Shown here one piece after another: positions 19,349-29,344 of a DNA stretch of 52,751 nt. The translations under genes were made by a program, and so were the position numbers. Numbering within the stretch: the stretch's first letter is position 1; every line of letters starts with the position of its first letter. The notes under the pieces were generated by a model. It did not search any database. It saw only the letters and a list, made by a program, of their open reading frames with translations, and had not been told where the DNA came from. The DNA is from Bacteroidota bacterium (lineage in GTDB: Bacteria > Bacteroidota > Bacteroidia > Bacteroidales > VadinHA17). The stretch is from assembly GCA_030618105.1 (NCBI GenBank), contig JAUXED010000004.1, positions 1 to 52,751 of the forward strand, read 5' to 3'.

Positions 19349-21400
19349 GTGTTGGTGATAAGAATATTGCTAATTTTTGTTTTGATTTTTTCACTCACAA
19401 GCGGTTATGCTCAAAAGAATGTTGCTGCTTACAGGTTAAAATCACTTGTTCTTATTGACGGTATTATAGATTCAAAAAACTTCCCCGATAGCGCAATCTC
19501 ATTTATTCAGCTTGAACCTCAAAAAGGAATGGCTGCCTCGCGCAGAACGGCCGTTTATTTTGGATACGATAGTCTGAATATTTATATTTTCTGGAAATGC
19601 TATCAGCCGCCGGATGAAATTGTGGCAAAGATACAGTCACGCGATCAACTCAGCAAAAGTGATGATCTTGTTTTGGTAATGCTGGATACCTATAACGATA
19701 ATACCAGTGCATATGGTTTTGCCGTTAACCCTCTTGGTTCACAAACCGATCTTAAGTTTACCGATGATGGAAGAAACAGGGATATAAACTGGGATACTGA
19801 ATGGAAAAGTGCAGTTAAGATATTCTCATGGGGATGGACAGTAGAAATGGCTATCCCGTTTAAAAGCATAAAATACAAAAAAAACCTGAACCAATGGGGT
19901 ATCAATTTTGGAAGGATCATACGGTCAAATTCAGAAACTTCATACTGGTCAGGAGAAATGAACAATGACTTCAGGGTTTCACAGAGCGGGATATTGACCG
20001 GAATTGAAACACCGGGAGTAAAAAGCAATATAACCCTGTTTCCTTATTCCACAGTAAGGTATGAAAACAGTGATTTTTCTGGTAAGTACAATGAGGTTAT
20101 TCCGGATATTGGTGGTGATCTTCAATGGCAATTTTCATCCAATATATCAGCAAATGCAACTTACAATCCCGATTTTGCCACTGTTGAAGCAGATGAGGAA
20201 CAAATCAATCTTACAAGATATGAATTGAGCTATCCTGAAAAGCGATTGTTCTTCCAGGAAGGGAATGAAATGTACAGTACCAGGATCAAAACTTTTTATT
20301 CACGCAGGATTGGGGATATTGATTATGGCGGAAAAGTTACCGGGAAAATCGGCAACTATGGTTTCAATGTTCTTGCAGCCCACAGTCCGGAAATTCCTGA
20401 TAAAGATCAGCCCGGTGCATTCTTCACTGCTGCCAGGGTTAAAAAAGATATTCTGAAATCCTCTACCGTAGGATTAATATTAGTCGATAAATCGTGGGAT
20501 GGCGGATATGCACGCTCCTTTAGTGCTGATTATACTATGAATCTTGGTAAAGCATGGAAATTAACCGGTCAGCTTATCGGTAGCTGGCCGGGTGATCTGA
20601 AAACCCACAGTGCCTGGTTTATGCGATTTGCCCGCGAAAGTAACGTTTATCATTATCACATACGATATACAAATATTGGTGAGAATTTTATGGATAATAT
20701 GAATCAAACCGGCTTTATCAAGGATGACGATCGCAGGGAAATTGATAGTGATGTGAGTTATATATGGTGGCTGCAAAATAATATTTTTAATTATATTGAA
20801 GTATCGTCAAGGAATAATTTATTCTGGAGCCACTCAGGTACACTTAAGAGTTGGTATTTAACCGATATGGTAAAATTCTATCTTCAAAATCGCATAAGCC
20901 TTGAATATTCATACAACAACGAATTTAAACTATTTGAAAAAAAATACTATAACCATAAGCATACAATTACACTTGGATATAACACTGATGAATGGAGTTC
21001 CGCAGAAGTATCTTATACATCAGGCAGGAATTTCGACAGAGATTTTCTATTAGCATCCGGTAGTGCACGAATGAAATTTTCGAAGAAACTGGCATTTGAG
21101 TACAGTGGCAATTATCTAAAGTTTTCTCCTGATACTTCAAACCAGTCAGCATTCATTAATATTATTTCGCTTAACTATAACTTCACAAAAGATCTCTGGA
21201 TAAAAGTATTTGCACAAAACAATACAAATGACAACAGGTTTTATGTATACGGGTTATTCGGGTGGAGGTTTAAACCACCATTCGGAGCTGTATACCTGAT
21301 ATATACCCGGAATGAAATGAAATTGGTGCCGGACAATATTTATCAGAATTCAGATATTATTTTTCTAAAACTAACATACCCTGTCAACATTACAAAATGA
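19349..21400 (+). CDS. DUF5916-like protein (CBM9-like domain + predicted beta-barrel)
   Basis: GWTVEMAIPF, NPDFATVEAD, YPEKRLFF; signal peptide. Confidence 0.85.
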   Translation: MLVIRILLIFVLIFSLTSGYAQKNVAAYRLKSLVLIDGIIDSKNFPDSAISFIQLEPQKGMAASRRTAVYFGYDSLNIYIFWKCYQPPDEIVAKIQSRDQLSKSDDLVLVMLDTYNDNTSAYGFAVNPLGSQTDLKFTDDGRNRDINWDTEWKSAVKIFSWGWTVEMAIPFKSIKYKKNLNQWGINFGRIIRSNSETSYWSGEMNNDFRVSQSGILTGIETPGVKSNITLFPYSTVRYENSDFSGKYNEVIPDIGGDLQWQFSSNISANATYNPDFATVEADEEQINLTRYELSYPEKRLFFQEGNEMYSTRIKTFYSRRIGDIDYGGKVTGKIGNYGFNVLAAHSPEIPDKDQPGAFFTAARVKKDILKSSTVGLILVDKSWDGGYARSFSADYTMNLGKAWKLTGQLIGSWPGDLKTHSAWFMRFARESNVYHYHIRYTNIGENFMDNMNQTGFIKDDDRREIDSDVSYIWWLQNNIFNYIEVSSRNNLFWSHSGTLKSWYLTDMVKFYLQNRISLEYSYNNEFKLFEKKYYNHKHTITLGYNTDEWSSAEVSYTSGRNFDRDFLLASGSARMKFSKKLAFEYSGNYLKFSPDTSNQSAFINIISLNYNFTKDLWIKVFAQNNTNDNRFYVYGLFGWRFKPPFGAVYLIYTRNEMKLVPDNIYQNSDIIFLKLTYPVNITK

Positions 21401-21486
21401 GACTACTGTCTTGTTAAATATTAAAAGTCATATATTGTATTCGTTTTTTATATTTTTATTCACAAAAAAAATCAATATCCATTATT

Positions 21487-22137
21487 ATGAAAAAAGTATC
21501 TGTTTTAATTTCCGGTCTGCTCATTTTATTGATAACCGGCTGTTCAACTGACAACATAATAAAAGTTGCCTGTATTGGAGACAGCATAACGTATGGATCA
21601 GGTATCAAGAACCGTGTTCATAACAGCTATCCTGCACAACTTGATAGTATTCTCGGTATATCCTATGATGTCAGAAACTATGGTATTGGCGGACGTACAA
21701 TGCTAAAACACGGAGATTACCCTTATTGGGATGAGGAGATCTATCGCTGTGCCAGGGAATTCAAACCTGATATTGTAATTATCAAATTAGGCACAAATGA
21801 TACCAAACCCCGGAACTGGAAATATTCTGATAAGTTTGAACAGGATTATCGAAAAATGATAAATGACTTCCAATCACTGAGTTCTGCTCCGGAGATACTG
21901 CTATGTTATCCTGTCCCGGTATTTGAAACCAAGTGGGGAATAAATGATTCAGTAGTTGTTTATGGTGTTATACCGGCGATAGATAACCTTGCTGCTGAAT
22001 TTGACCTGAAAATTATCGATCTGTATGAACCGTTTGTTAATGATGAAAATCTGTTCCCTGATAAGATCCATCCTGATGCTGAAGGAGCCGGAAAAATGGC
22101 TGAAATTATTGCTAATATAATTCGTAAAAACAATTAA
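21487..22137 (+). CDS. SGNH/GDSL esterase lipoprotein
   Basis: GDSIT, GTND, DKIHP blocks; lipobox ITGC. Confidence 0.93.
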   Translation: MKKVSVLISGLLILLITGCSTDNIIKVACIGDSITYGSGIKNRVHNSYPAQLDSILGISYDVRNYGIGGRTMLKHGDYPYWDEEIYRCAREFKPDIVIIKLGTNDTKPRNWKYSDKFEQDYRKMINDFQSLSSAPEILLCYPVPVFETKWGINDSVVVYGVIPAIDNLAAEFDLKIIDLYEPFVNDENLFPDKIHPDAEGAGKMAEIIANIIRKNN

Positions 22138-22203
22138 ATGGAATAGTGGAAGATTGGGAAGAAAGAAAGAAAGAAAGGAAGAATGGGAAATTGGAAGAAT
22201 AGG
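22137..22203 (+). repeat. Purine-rich AATGGAA/GGAAGAA array after the GDSL stop
   Basis: Same octamer family as the reverse complement of 46109-46180. Confidence 0.65.
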
Positions 22204-24879
22204 AATTTTGATAATGTAACAGAAAAACAAATTTTTACACATTTGAAAAGATTTAGTTATCACCTGTTAGCTCTATTTATTCTTATAGGTATTCAACCAT
22301 TAAACGGCCAATCTGTTAAAGGGAAAATAACTGATAGTAATGGTCAGCCAATACCATTTGCTACAATTTATATTAAAGAACTTACAAAAGGATCGACCGC
22401 AAATCCTGATGGCAACTTTGACCTGAAAATCCCTGATGGACAATACTCTATTGTAATAAGTGCTCTTGGTTATAAACCTGAAACCAGGCGCATTGAGGTG
22501 AATAATAAAACAATCGAACTTGATTTTATTCTCACAGAACATACCTATAAAATTAAAGAAATCCGGATTTATTCGGGTAGTGAAGACCCGGCTTACATGA
22601 TAATGCGAAAAGCAATAGGGCTTGCGCCATACTACATGAACCAGATAAATCACTATTCAGCCGAAGTATATCTGAAAGGTTCAATCATTGTTCTCAAAAT
22701 ACCAAAGTTGCTTCGGAATGTGATGAAGGTAGAGGCAAATGAAAATGAAGTTGAGATTGGAAGGAATTATGTTGAAGAATCGCTTAATGAAATAATTTTC
22801 GATGCTCCGGATAAATATAACCAACGCGTTATTTCGTTCAATACCTCATTCCCCGGAGATAATGAAGTCGATGCTATGGGTTTTGTTAAAAGTAGTTTTT
22901 ATCAACCAACTGTTGATATGGCAATTTCTCCCCTAGCACCAAATGCTTTTTCACATTACAGATTCAAATACGAAGGAGTTTCTTTCGAAGGTAATTATGC
23001 AATAAATAAGATTAAAGTCACACCACGAAGAAAAAGCCAGCAACTTTTCACCGGTTATCTGTATATTGTCGATGACTATTGGAATATTCATAGTGTTGAC
23101 CTTACTGTAGAATTATTTGTTGGTCCGATCAGAATACGACAGCTTTATACTCCTGTAAAGGATAATGCCTGGCTTCCGGTAAGTTATAACATGGATGTAA
23201 AAGCTTCGGTTATTGGAATAAAAGCGAATGTCAGTTACCTCAGTTCAGTCAGGTATTCCGATATTGAAATCAACCGGGACATTACTCCTCCCCTCGCTTT
23301 GAAGGAAACTATCGAAGAACCCGTAACGTTAGTAAACGAAAAACCAGAACCGGCTAAGGACAAAAAAGTCACTGAAAAGATAGAAAATATCCTGAGCAAG
23401 GAAGAAATGTCGAACAGAGATATGATTAAGCTGACCAGATTGATGGATAAGGAAATAAAAAAGGAAAAGCATGATGATAAATCCCTTGAGATAAAAGAAA
23501 CGACTACCCACATAATTGAAAAAGATGCCAAAAAAAGAGATAGTACATACTGGAATACAATCAGACCAATCCCATTATCTGAAAATGAACTACTTGGTTA
23601 CAGAGTAAGGGATTCTGTTTTGCTTGCAAAATCGGACACTACAATAGGCGCCGATACATTAAAGAAACAAAAAAGCAGGATCATCAAATTTGCAGGAAAT
23701 GTAATTTCAGGGAAAACATTTCTCTCTGAAGATTCTTCAGTAATATTCCGGTATGACGGGTTAATCGGTATGGATAAACTGAGCTTTAACACTGTGGATG
23801 GCTGGACATATAAACAGGAATTCAGTATAAAGAAAGTTTTTAGTCCCGGCAGAGAATTGAATATAAACCCGGAAATCGGATATGCTTTTAACCGGGAGGC
23901 TTTTGTGTGGAATATCCATAATTCTATCTCATATGCCCCATTAAAAAGAGCCGATTTTTTTCTTGATCTTGGTCAGAGATCTTCGGATTTTAACCCGGAA
24001 TATGGAATAAACAGATCTCTTAATAGCATATCTTCCCTCTACTTCAGATATAATTATTTGCGGTTGTACGAAGAATCGTACTTCAAAATGGGTAACAATA
24101 TTGATCTAACAAATGGTCTCCGGTTATCTGTTTCAGCAAAATATGCAGAGCGTAAGCATCTGGAAAACTCTACAGATTATTCCTTCTTTTTTGTTGATGA
24201 CAGGGATTATGAAGATAATCGACCGGAGAATATTCATTTGACAAACTATCCGCTTGATGATCAGGAAAGCTTCGTAATTCGATTAGAACTGTCATACACT
24301 CCGGGTTATTACTACAGAATAAAAAATGGTGTAAAAAATATGGTTAGCTCAGATTATCCTACATTTAGTATTGAGTACCAAAAAGGTATTCAGGGAGCCT
24401 TTAACAGCAGTGCTGATTTTGATTTTTTGGAATATCAAATTTCTCAATCTAAAGATCTTGGAATATTCTCCAATCTTGACTGGAGTCTTGGGGCAGGTGT
24501 TTTTATTACTAAGAAAGATTTACATTTCGCTGATTTTAAACATTTTAACACACAGAAAATTCCTTTGCTCCTGGACAGACCAATAAATGCATTTATGTTA
24601 CTTGAATATTACCAATATAGTACTCCCGAATGGTTTGCAGAAGCCCATATCAAATATAACACTCCCTTTTTGCTTATTAAACTACTTCCATTTTTTAGCC
24701 AGAAGCTGTGGCAGGAAACGCTTTATGGCAGCTATCTCTATCAGCCTGAGTTTAAAAATTATGTCGAATTGGGTTATGGTCTTACCGATGTATTCTTTAT
24801 TGCTGATGCAGGTATATTCGTCGGATTTGAAGACGGAAAATATGGCAGGTGGGGGTTTAAGGTTAGCCTGAATTTTTAA
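22183..24879 (+). CDS. DUF5686 + carboxypeptidase-regulatory-like domain outer-membrane protein (true start possibly TTG 22243)
   Basis: VKGKITD..GQPIPFATI, ISALGY, DSTYWNTIRPIPL, C-terminal F. Confidence 0.85.
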   Translation: MGNWKNRNFDNVTEKQIFTHLKRFSYHLLALFILIGIQPLNGQSVKGKITDSNGQPIPFATIYIKELTKGSTANPDGNFDLKIPDGQYSIVISALGYKPETRRIEVNNKTIELDFILTEHTYKIKEIRIYSGSEDPAYMIMRKAIGLAPYYMNQINHYSAEVYLKGSIIVLKIPKLLRNVMKVEANENEVEIGRNYVEESLNEIIFDAPDKYNQRVISFNTSFPGDNEVDAMGFVKSSFYQPTVDMAISPLAPNAFSHYRFKYEGVSFEGNYAINKIKVTPRRKSQQLFTGYLYIVDDYWNIHSVDLTVELFVGPIRIRQLYTPVKDNAWLPVSYNMDVKASVIGIKANVSYLSSVRYSDIEINRDITPPLALKETIEEPVTLVNEKPEPAKDKKVTEKIENILSKEEMSNRDMIKLTRLMDKEIKKEKHDDKSLEIKETTTHIIEKDAKKRDSTYWNTIRPIPLSENELLGYRVRDSVLLAKSDTTIGADTLKKQKSRIIKFAGNVISGKTFLSEDSSVIFRYDGLIGMDKLSFNTVDGWTYKQEFSIKKVFSPGRELNINPEIGYAFNREAFVWNIHNSISYAPLKRADFFLDLGQRSSDFNPEYGINRSLNSISSLYFRYNYLRLYEESYFKMGNNIDLTNGLRLSVSAKYAERKHLENSTDYSFFFVDDRDYEDNRPENIHLTNYPLDDQESFVIRLELSYTPGYYYRIKNGVKNMVSSDYPTFSIEYQKGIQGAFNSSADFDFLEYQISQSKDLGIFSNLDWSLGAGVFITKKDLHFADFKHFNTQKIPLLLDRPINAFMLLEYYQYSTPEWFAEAHIKYNTPFLLIKLLPFFSQKLWQETLYGSYLYQPEFKNYVELGYGLTDVFFIADAGIFVGFEDGKYGRWGFKVSLNF

Positions 24880-24885
24880 AAATCA

Positions 24886-24913
24886 GCAGAGATACACGGC
24901 CGTGCATCTCTGC
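24886..24913. repeat. REP palindrome upstream of the RAYT
   Basis: GCAGAGATACACGGCCGTGCATCTCTGC, a variant of the perfect palindrome at 25216-25243. Confidence 0.85.
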
Positions 24914-24924
24914 GTAAATTCACT

Positions 24925-25587
24925 ATGAAACACATTAAAATGGAAAAATTTAGAAATAAATACCGAATAGCATCCAACAGAATGCCCGGTTGGGATTATT
25001 CAGGCAACGGTATTTATTTTATTACCATAATAACCCAACACAGGGAATGTAATTTAGGTAAAATTGAAAATAAAAAAATGATATTTTCCGATTTTGGTAA
25101 AATCGTTAATAATCAATGGTACAAATCATTTAAAATACGTGATGAATTATTTTTGGACGAATTTATCATCATGCCCAACCATTTACACGCATTAATCAAA
25201 TTGCATGGTTTTCACGTAGAGACGCACGGCCGTGCGTCTCTACAACCCAACAAACAATCCAACGAACAATCCACGAACCACGTAAAAACGCACGGCTGTG
25301 CGTCTCAACGATCGAACGAACAATCCCCAAAACCGGTTTTTCAACGAAAACCAAAATCCATTTCATCGTTTATTGCGGGTTTTAAATCGGCGGTAACAAC
25401 CGAAATTGATAATTTTATTGATGCACATCATTTAGATATCCAGAAATATGACCGAAACAACAAATTTTGGCAACCCAATTACAACGACCATATTGTACGT
25501 GACGAAAACGAATATTTACAGATAAAAAATTATATTAGAAACAATCCTGCAAAATGGAAAAACGACAAATTTAATGACAAGAATTAA
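24925..25587 (+). mobile_element. REP-associated tyrosine transposase (RAYT, HUH Y1 family)
   Basis: YFITIIT, MPNHLH (HUH), FWQPNYNDHIVR, YIRNNP; flanking and internal GTAG-REPs. Confidence 0.9.
25216..25309. repeat. Two REP palindromes inside the RAYT ORF (66-nt period)
   Basis: Perfect 28-bp GTAGAGACGCACGGCCGTGCGTCTCTAC at 25216-25243; degenerate copy at 25282-25309. Confidence 0.9.
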
Positions 25588-25754
25588 GCATTTTTTATTC
25601 TGTTATTTCAACAAATTTATCCTTCTAAATTCTATCTCAAATCTAAAATATAATGTACATTTAACCCTAAACAAAAACAAAAAGGAAACCACTATGTCTA
25701 AAGAGTACAATTGAAGCAAAGACACTGTATAATTAATATTTAAAAAAATTTCTT

Positions 25755-27449
25755 ATGAAAAAAATCATGATCCAGTCTGCATTAATCATTGCCCTTGCAA
25801 TTATATGTTCCTGTACAAATGAAAAGATCACCCTTGAATCGCTTCTTCAGGAAATGACAGACAGGGATGTCCTAACATATTTCCCGGCACCTGCTTATAC
25901 CATAAAACAGTTTAGCAGTTATGACCAAAGAAGTACTGGTCCCGACCAGGAAGGATGGTTTGCCAACAGGGACTATACACATTTTATCCGTGAGGAAACA
26001 AATAACGGCAGACGTGAATTTGTGCTGCTTGATACTGACGGACCCGGAGCTGTTGTGCGATACTGGATGACTTTTGCCGGTGCAGGAGCTTCAGAAGGGA
26101 CACTGCGGATTTACATAGATAATAAACAGAAACCGGTTGTAGAAGATAGTGTATTGAAAGTGCTGAGCGGTGGATTGCTGGCAGAAGAACCACTGAGCGC
26201 CTCTGTTTCCCCGGAAACCGATTATCAGCGACGCGGTCACAATCTCTACCTGCCTCTCCCCTATGCAAAACATTGCAAGATCACGTACGAATGTGATTCG
26301 GTTGAAATTGATGATAACCATCGTAAACCCAGTGTTTATTATAACATCAACTATCGAACCTATAGAAAAGGAACTCAGGTGGAAAGCTTCTCCCATGAGA
26401 TTCTTGACAGGGCAGTATCTGTTATAAAAAGTACGGCAGAGAACCTGAAAAACCCTGAGATTGATATTAGTCAAACAAAAAGATTCCCGAAATCAAAAAT
26501 CCTGCATCCGGGTGATACATTAATATTTTATCTTAAAAGTAAGGACCAGGCCGTCAGGAAATTATTGATCAACCTGGATGCTAAAGATATCAACCAGGCA
26601 TTACGCTCAACCGTACTTTCCATCTCATTCGATGACAAACAAACAGTATGGTGTCCCGTTGGTGATTTTTTTGGTACAGGATATCAGATTTATCAATCTA
26701 ATACATGGTATAGTGAAGTAAGTCAGGATGGCTTGATGATATCGCGGTGGGTTATGCCATTCCGCGAAAAGTACCTGGTAAAAATAATTAACTATGGGAG
26801 TCAAAAAATAAATTTGGATGCTGCTGTACATATCTCCGACTATGCATGGAACAGATCAAGTATGTATTTCGGAACCTCGTGGCATGAATACCATCATCTA
26901 AATAGTTGGCTTCCTGAAGAAAAGAAAACCGATAGCTGGCACTTCGATGTTAATTACGTAACTCTTGAGGGACAGGGTCTTTATGTGGGTGATGCGTTAA
27001 CGGTGTTCAATACAGCAGATGCCTGGTGGGGCGAAGGTGATGAAAAAATATTTGTTGATGACGATATCTTCCCCTCATGTATCGGAACAGGTACTGAAGA
27101 TTATTACGGCTATGCCTGGTGCCGACCCGAAACTTTTTCTCATCCGTTCATCGCACAGCCTGCCGGGAATGGTAACTTTCACCCGGGCATGACCGTTAAT
27201 ATGCGCTACCGCTCGTTGGATGCTATGCCATTTAATCAAAAGATCAGGTCGGATATGGAAATGTGGCACTGGGCTAAAACAACAATCAATTTCGCCATGA
27301 CATCATACTGGTATGCAAAGCCCGGTTTTACATCAAATATCAAACCCGATCCGGAAACAGTGAAAAAACAGGTTGATTTGAAACGCTCTGATATTTATCC
27401 TCCCATTGTAAACGATCAGGGTGTTATCGAAGGTGAAATACAGGAATAA
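25755..27449 (+). CDS. DUF2961 / GH172-like glycoside hydrolase lipoprotein
   Basis: QFSSYD, GPGAVVRYW, PVGDFFG, WWGEGDEKIFVD, GTGTEDYYG. Confidence 0.85.
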   Translation: MKKIMIQSALIIALAIICSCTNEKITLESLLQEMTDRDVLTYFPAPAYTIKQFSSYDQRSTGPDQEGWFANRDYTHFIREETNNGRREFVLLDTDGPGAVVRYWMTFAGAGASEGTLRIYIDNKQKPVVEDSVLKVLSGGLLAEEPLSASVSPETDYQRRGHNLYLPLPYAKHCKITYECDSVEIDDNHRKPSVYYNINYRTYRKGTQVESFSHEILDRAVSVIKSTAENLKNPEIDISQTKRFPKSKILHPGDTLIFYLKSKDQAVRKLLINLDAKDINQALRSTVLSISFDDKQTVWCPVGDFFGTGYQIYQSNTWYSEVSQDGLMISRWVMPFREKYLVKIINYGSQKINLDAAVHISDYAWNRSSMYFGTSWHEYHHLNSWLPEEKKTDSWHFDVNYVTLEGQGLYVGDALTVFNTADAWWGEGDEKIFVDDDIFPSCIGTGTEDYYGYAWCRPETFSHPFIAQPAGNGNFHPGMTVNMRYRSLDAMPFNQKIRSDMEMWHWAKTTINFAMTSYWYAKPGFTSNIKPDPETVKKQVDLKRSDIYPPIVNDQGVIEGEIQE

Positions 27450-27481
27450 CAAAAATAATTATTACAAATAAATTTATAAAA

Positions 27482-28255
27482 ATGAAAATTCACTACTTAT
27501 TAATTTTATTGTTGGCTGTCTTATGTAAACCAAAACAGCAGGAACCGGTAGAAAACGAATGGATACAGCTTTTCAATGGAAAAGACCTGACCGGATGGGA
27601 TATAAAAATTTCAGGGTTTGAACTAAATGATAATTATAAGAACACTTTTCGTGTTGAAGATGGAATTCTTAAAGCCTCATACGACCAGTATGATAAATTT
27701 AATGGTGAATTCGGACATCTTATTACCAGAGAAAAGTTCTCTTTTTACATACTCCGGGTAGAATACCGGTTTGTTGGGGAACAGGTAGCCGACGGACCTG
27801 GCTGGGGATTGTTTAACAACGGAGCAATGCTGCATAGCCAGTCGGCAGAAAGCATGTTGTCAGACCAGGATTTCCCGGTATCAATTGAGGCACAATTCCT
27901 TGGAGGTTACGGGGAGGATGAACGCACAACATCAAATGTCTGTACCCCGGGAACACACATAGTAATGAATGGAGAATTGATCACCGGTCATTGCAACAGT
28001 TCTAACTCCAAAACATATCCTGCTAATGAATGGGTAACTGCTGAAATGATTGTTTTTGGAGATAGTATAATCCATCATGTATTGGAGGGAGATACTGTAT
28101 TAACATATACAAAACCACAGATTGGTGGTGAATTACCTGAGGGGTTTCCGCTTGCCGAAGGTACTCTTTTAAAAGAAGGACATATTGCTATCCAGGCAGA
28201 AAGTCATTCCACTGAATTCCGAAAAGTGGAACTTCTGGATCTAAGTAAAAAGTAA
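27482..28255 (+). CDS. DUF1080 (3-keto-disaccharide hydrolase) family protein
   Basis: LFNGKDLTGW, GHIAIQAE, EFRKV. Confidence 0.9.
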   Translation: MKIHYLLILLLAVLCKPKQQEPVENEWIQLFNGKDLTGWDIKISGFELNDNYKNTFRVEDGILKASYDQYDKFNGEFGHLITREKFSFYILRVEYRFVGEQVADGPGWGLFNNGAMLHSQSAESMLSDQDFPVSIEAQFLGGYGEDERTTSNVCTPGTHIVMNGELITGHCNSSNSKTYPANEWVTAEMIVFGDSIIHHVLEGDTVLTYTKPQIGGELPEGFPLAEGTLLKEGHIAIQAESHSTEFRKVELLDLSKK

Positions 28256-28260
28256 ATTTT

Positions 28261-28308
28261 AATAACGTTATTAATAACGGCATTAATTACGTTATTAATA
28301 ACGTTATT
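28261..28308. repeat. Four tandem 12-bp palindromic units (AATAACGTTATT)
   Basis: Units at 28261, 28273, 28285 and 28297. Confidence 0.85.
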
Positions 28309-28352
28309 ATTTATTTCCGGCAAACAGGATTTTTGAAACAAAAAAGTCTTAC

Positions 28353-28360
28353 TACTTTTG
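28353..28360 (+). promoter_or_regulatory. Bacteroidota -7 promoter element for nfo
   Basis: TACTTTTG matches TAnnTTTG, with TTTG about 20 nt upstream. Confidence 0.55.
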
Positions 28361-28381
28361 CTTAACTATAAAATGCATTTC

Positions 28382-29233
28382 ATGAAATACATCGGCGCTC
28401 ATGTAAGTACTTCAGGAGGAGTGGAAAATGCTCCGGTAAATGCTCATAAAATTGGTGCAAAAGCATTTGCATTATTTACAAAGAACCAGCGGCAATGGTT
28501 TTCCAAACCTCTTACCAACGAAAATATCAGTGATTTCAAAAGGAATTGCGAAAAATACGGATACACTCCTGACAAGATACTTCCTCATGATAGTTACCTG
28601 ATCAACCTGGGGCATCCGGAAAAGGAAGGACTGGAGAAATCGCGTAATGCATTCCTTGACGAGATGAAACGTTGCGAACAATTGGGTCTCGATCGCCTTA
28701 ATTTTCATCCGGGAAGTCATTTACGACAGATATCTGAAGAAAAGTGCCTTTTAACCATCGCTGAATCTGTTAATTGGGCACTTGACCAGACAAAAGGCGT
28801 AACAGCGGTTTTAGAAAACACTGCCGGTCAGGGTTCAAATCTTGGCTATACATTTGAACAAATCCGGTTTATTATCGATCATGTTGAAGATAAAAACCGG
28901 GTTGGTGTTTGTATTGACACTTGTCATGCTTTTACCAGTGGGTACGACCTGAGAACAAAAGAAACTTATGATAGTACATTTCAAAAATTTGCAGAGATTA
29001 TTGGTTTCGAATATTTAAAAGGTATACATCTTAACGATTCGAAAAAGGTTCTTGGATCGCGGGTTGACCGTCATGACCAGATCGGTGAAGGGTTTATTGG
29101 AAAAGATACTTTCATATTGATCATGAATGATCAGCGGATGGATGAAATACCAATGATCCTTGAAACACCGGATGATGAATTATGGAAAGAAGAAATTGAG
29201 ATGCTATATGGAATGGTTAGCAATGGTATTTAA
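28382..29233 (+). CDS. nfo: Endonuclease IV
   Basis: [48 protein letters not shown]. Confidence 0.97.
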   Translation: MKYIGAHVSTSGGVENAPVNAHKIGAKAFALFTKNQRQWFSKPLTNENISDFKRNCEKYGYTPDKILPHDSYLINLGHPEKEGLEKSRNAFLDEMKRCEQLGLDRLNFHPGSHLRQISEEKCLLTIAESVNWALDQTKGVTAVLENTAGQGSNLGYTFEQIRFIIDHVEDKNRVGVCIDTCHAFTSGYDLRTKETYDSTFQKFAEIIGFEYLKGIHLNDSKKVLGSRVDRHDQIGEGFIGKDTFILIMNDQRMDEIPMILETPDDELWKEEIEMLYGMVSNGI

Positions 29234-29238
29234 CTTTT

Positions 29239-29344
29239 GTAACTATTCAGTGTTTTCGCTTCGGCTGCGCTCAGCATAAAAAGTTTGGAATGTCCGCCCG
29301 GCTGAGCAATTCGGACGGGCCTAAAGTGCCTGGAATGCCTAAAG
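29239..29344. mobile_element. End of a GTAACTATTCAG-family element (copy 3, opposite orientation) with nested hairpins
   Basis: GTAACTATTCAG at 29239-29250; reverse complement shares CATTCCAAACTT and TTTAGGCA units with copy 2. Confidence 0.6.
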
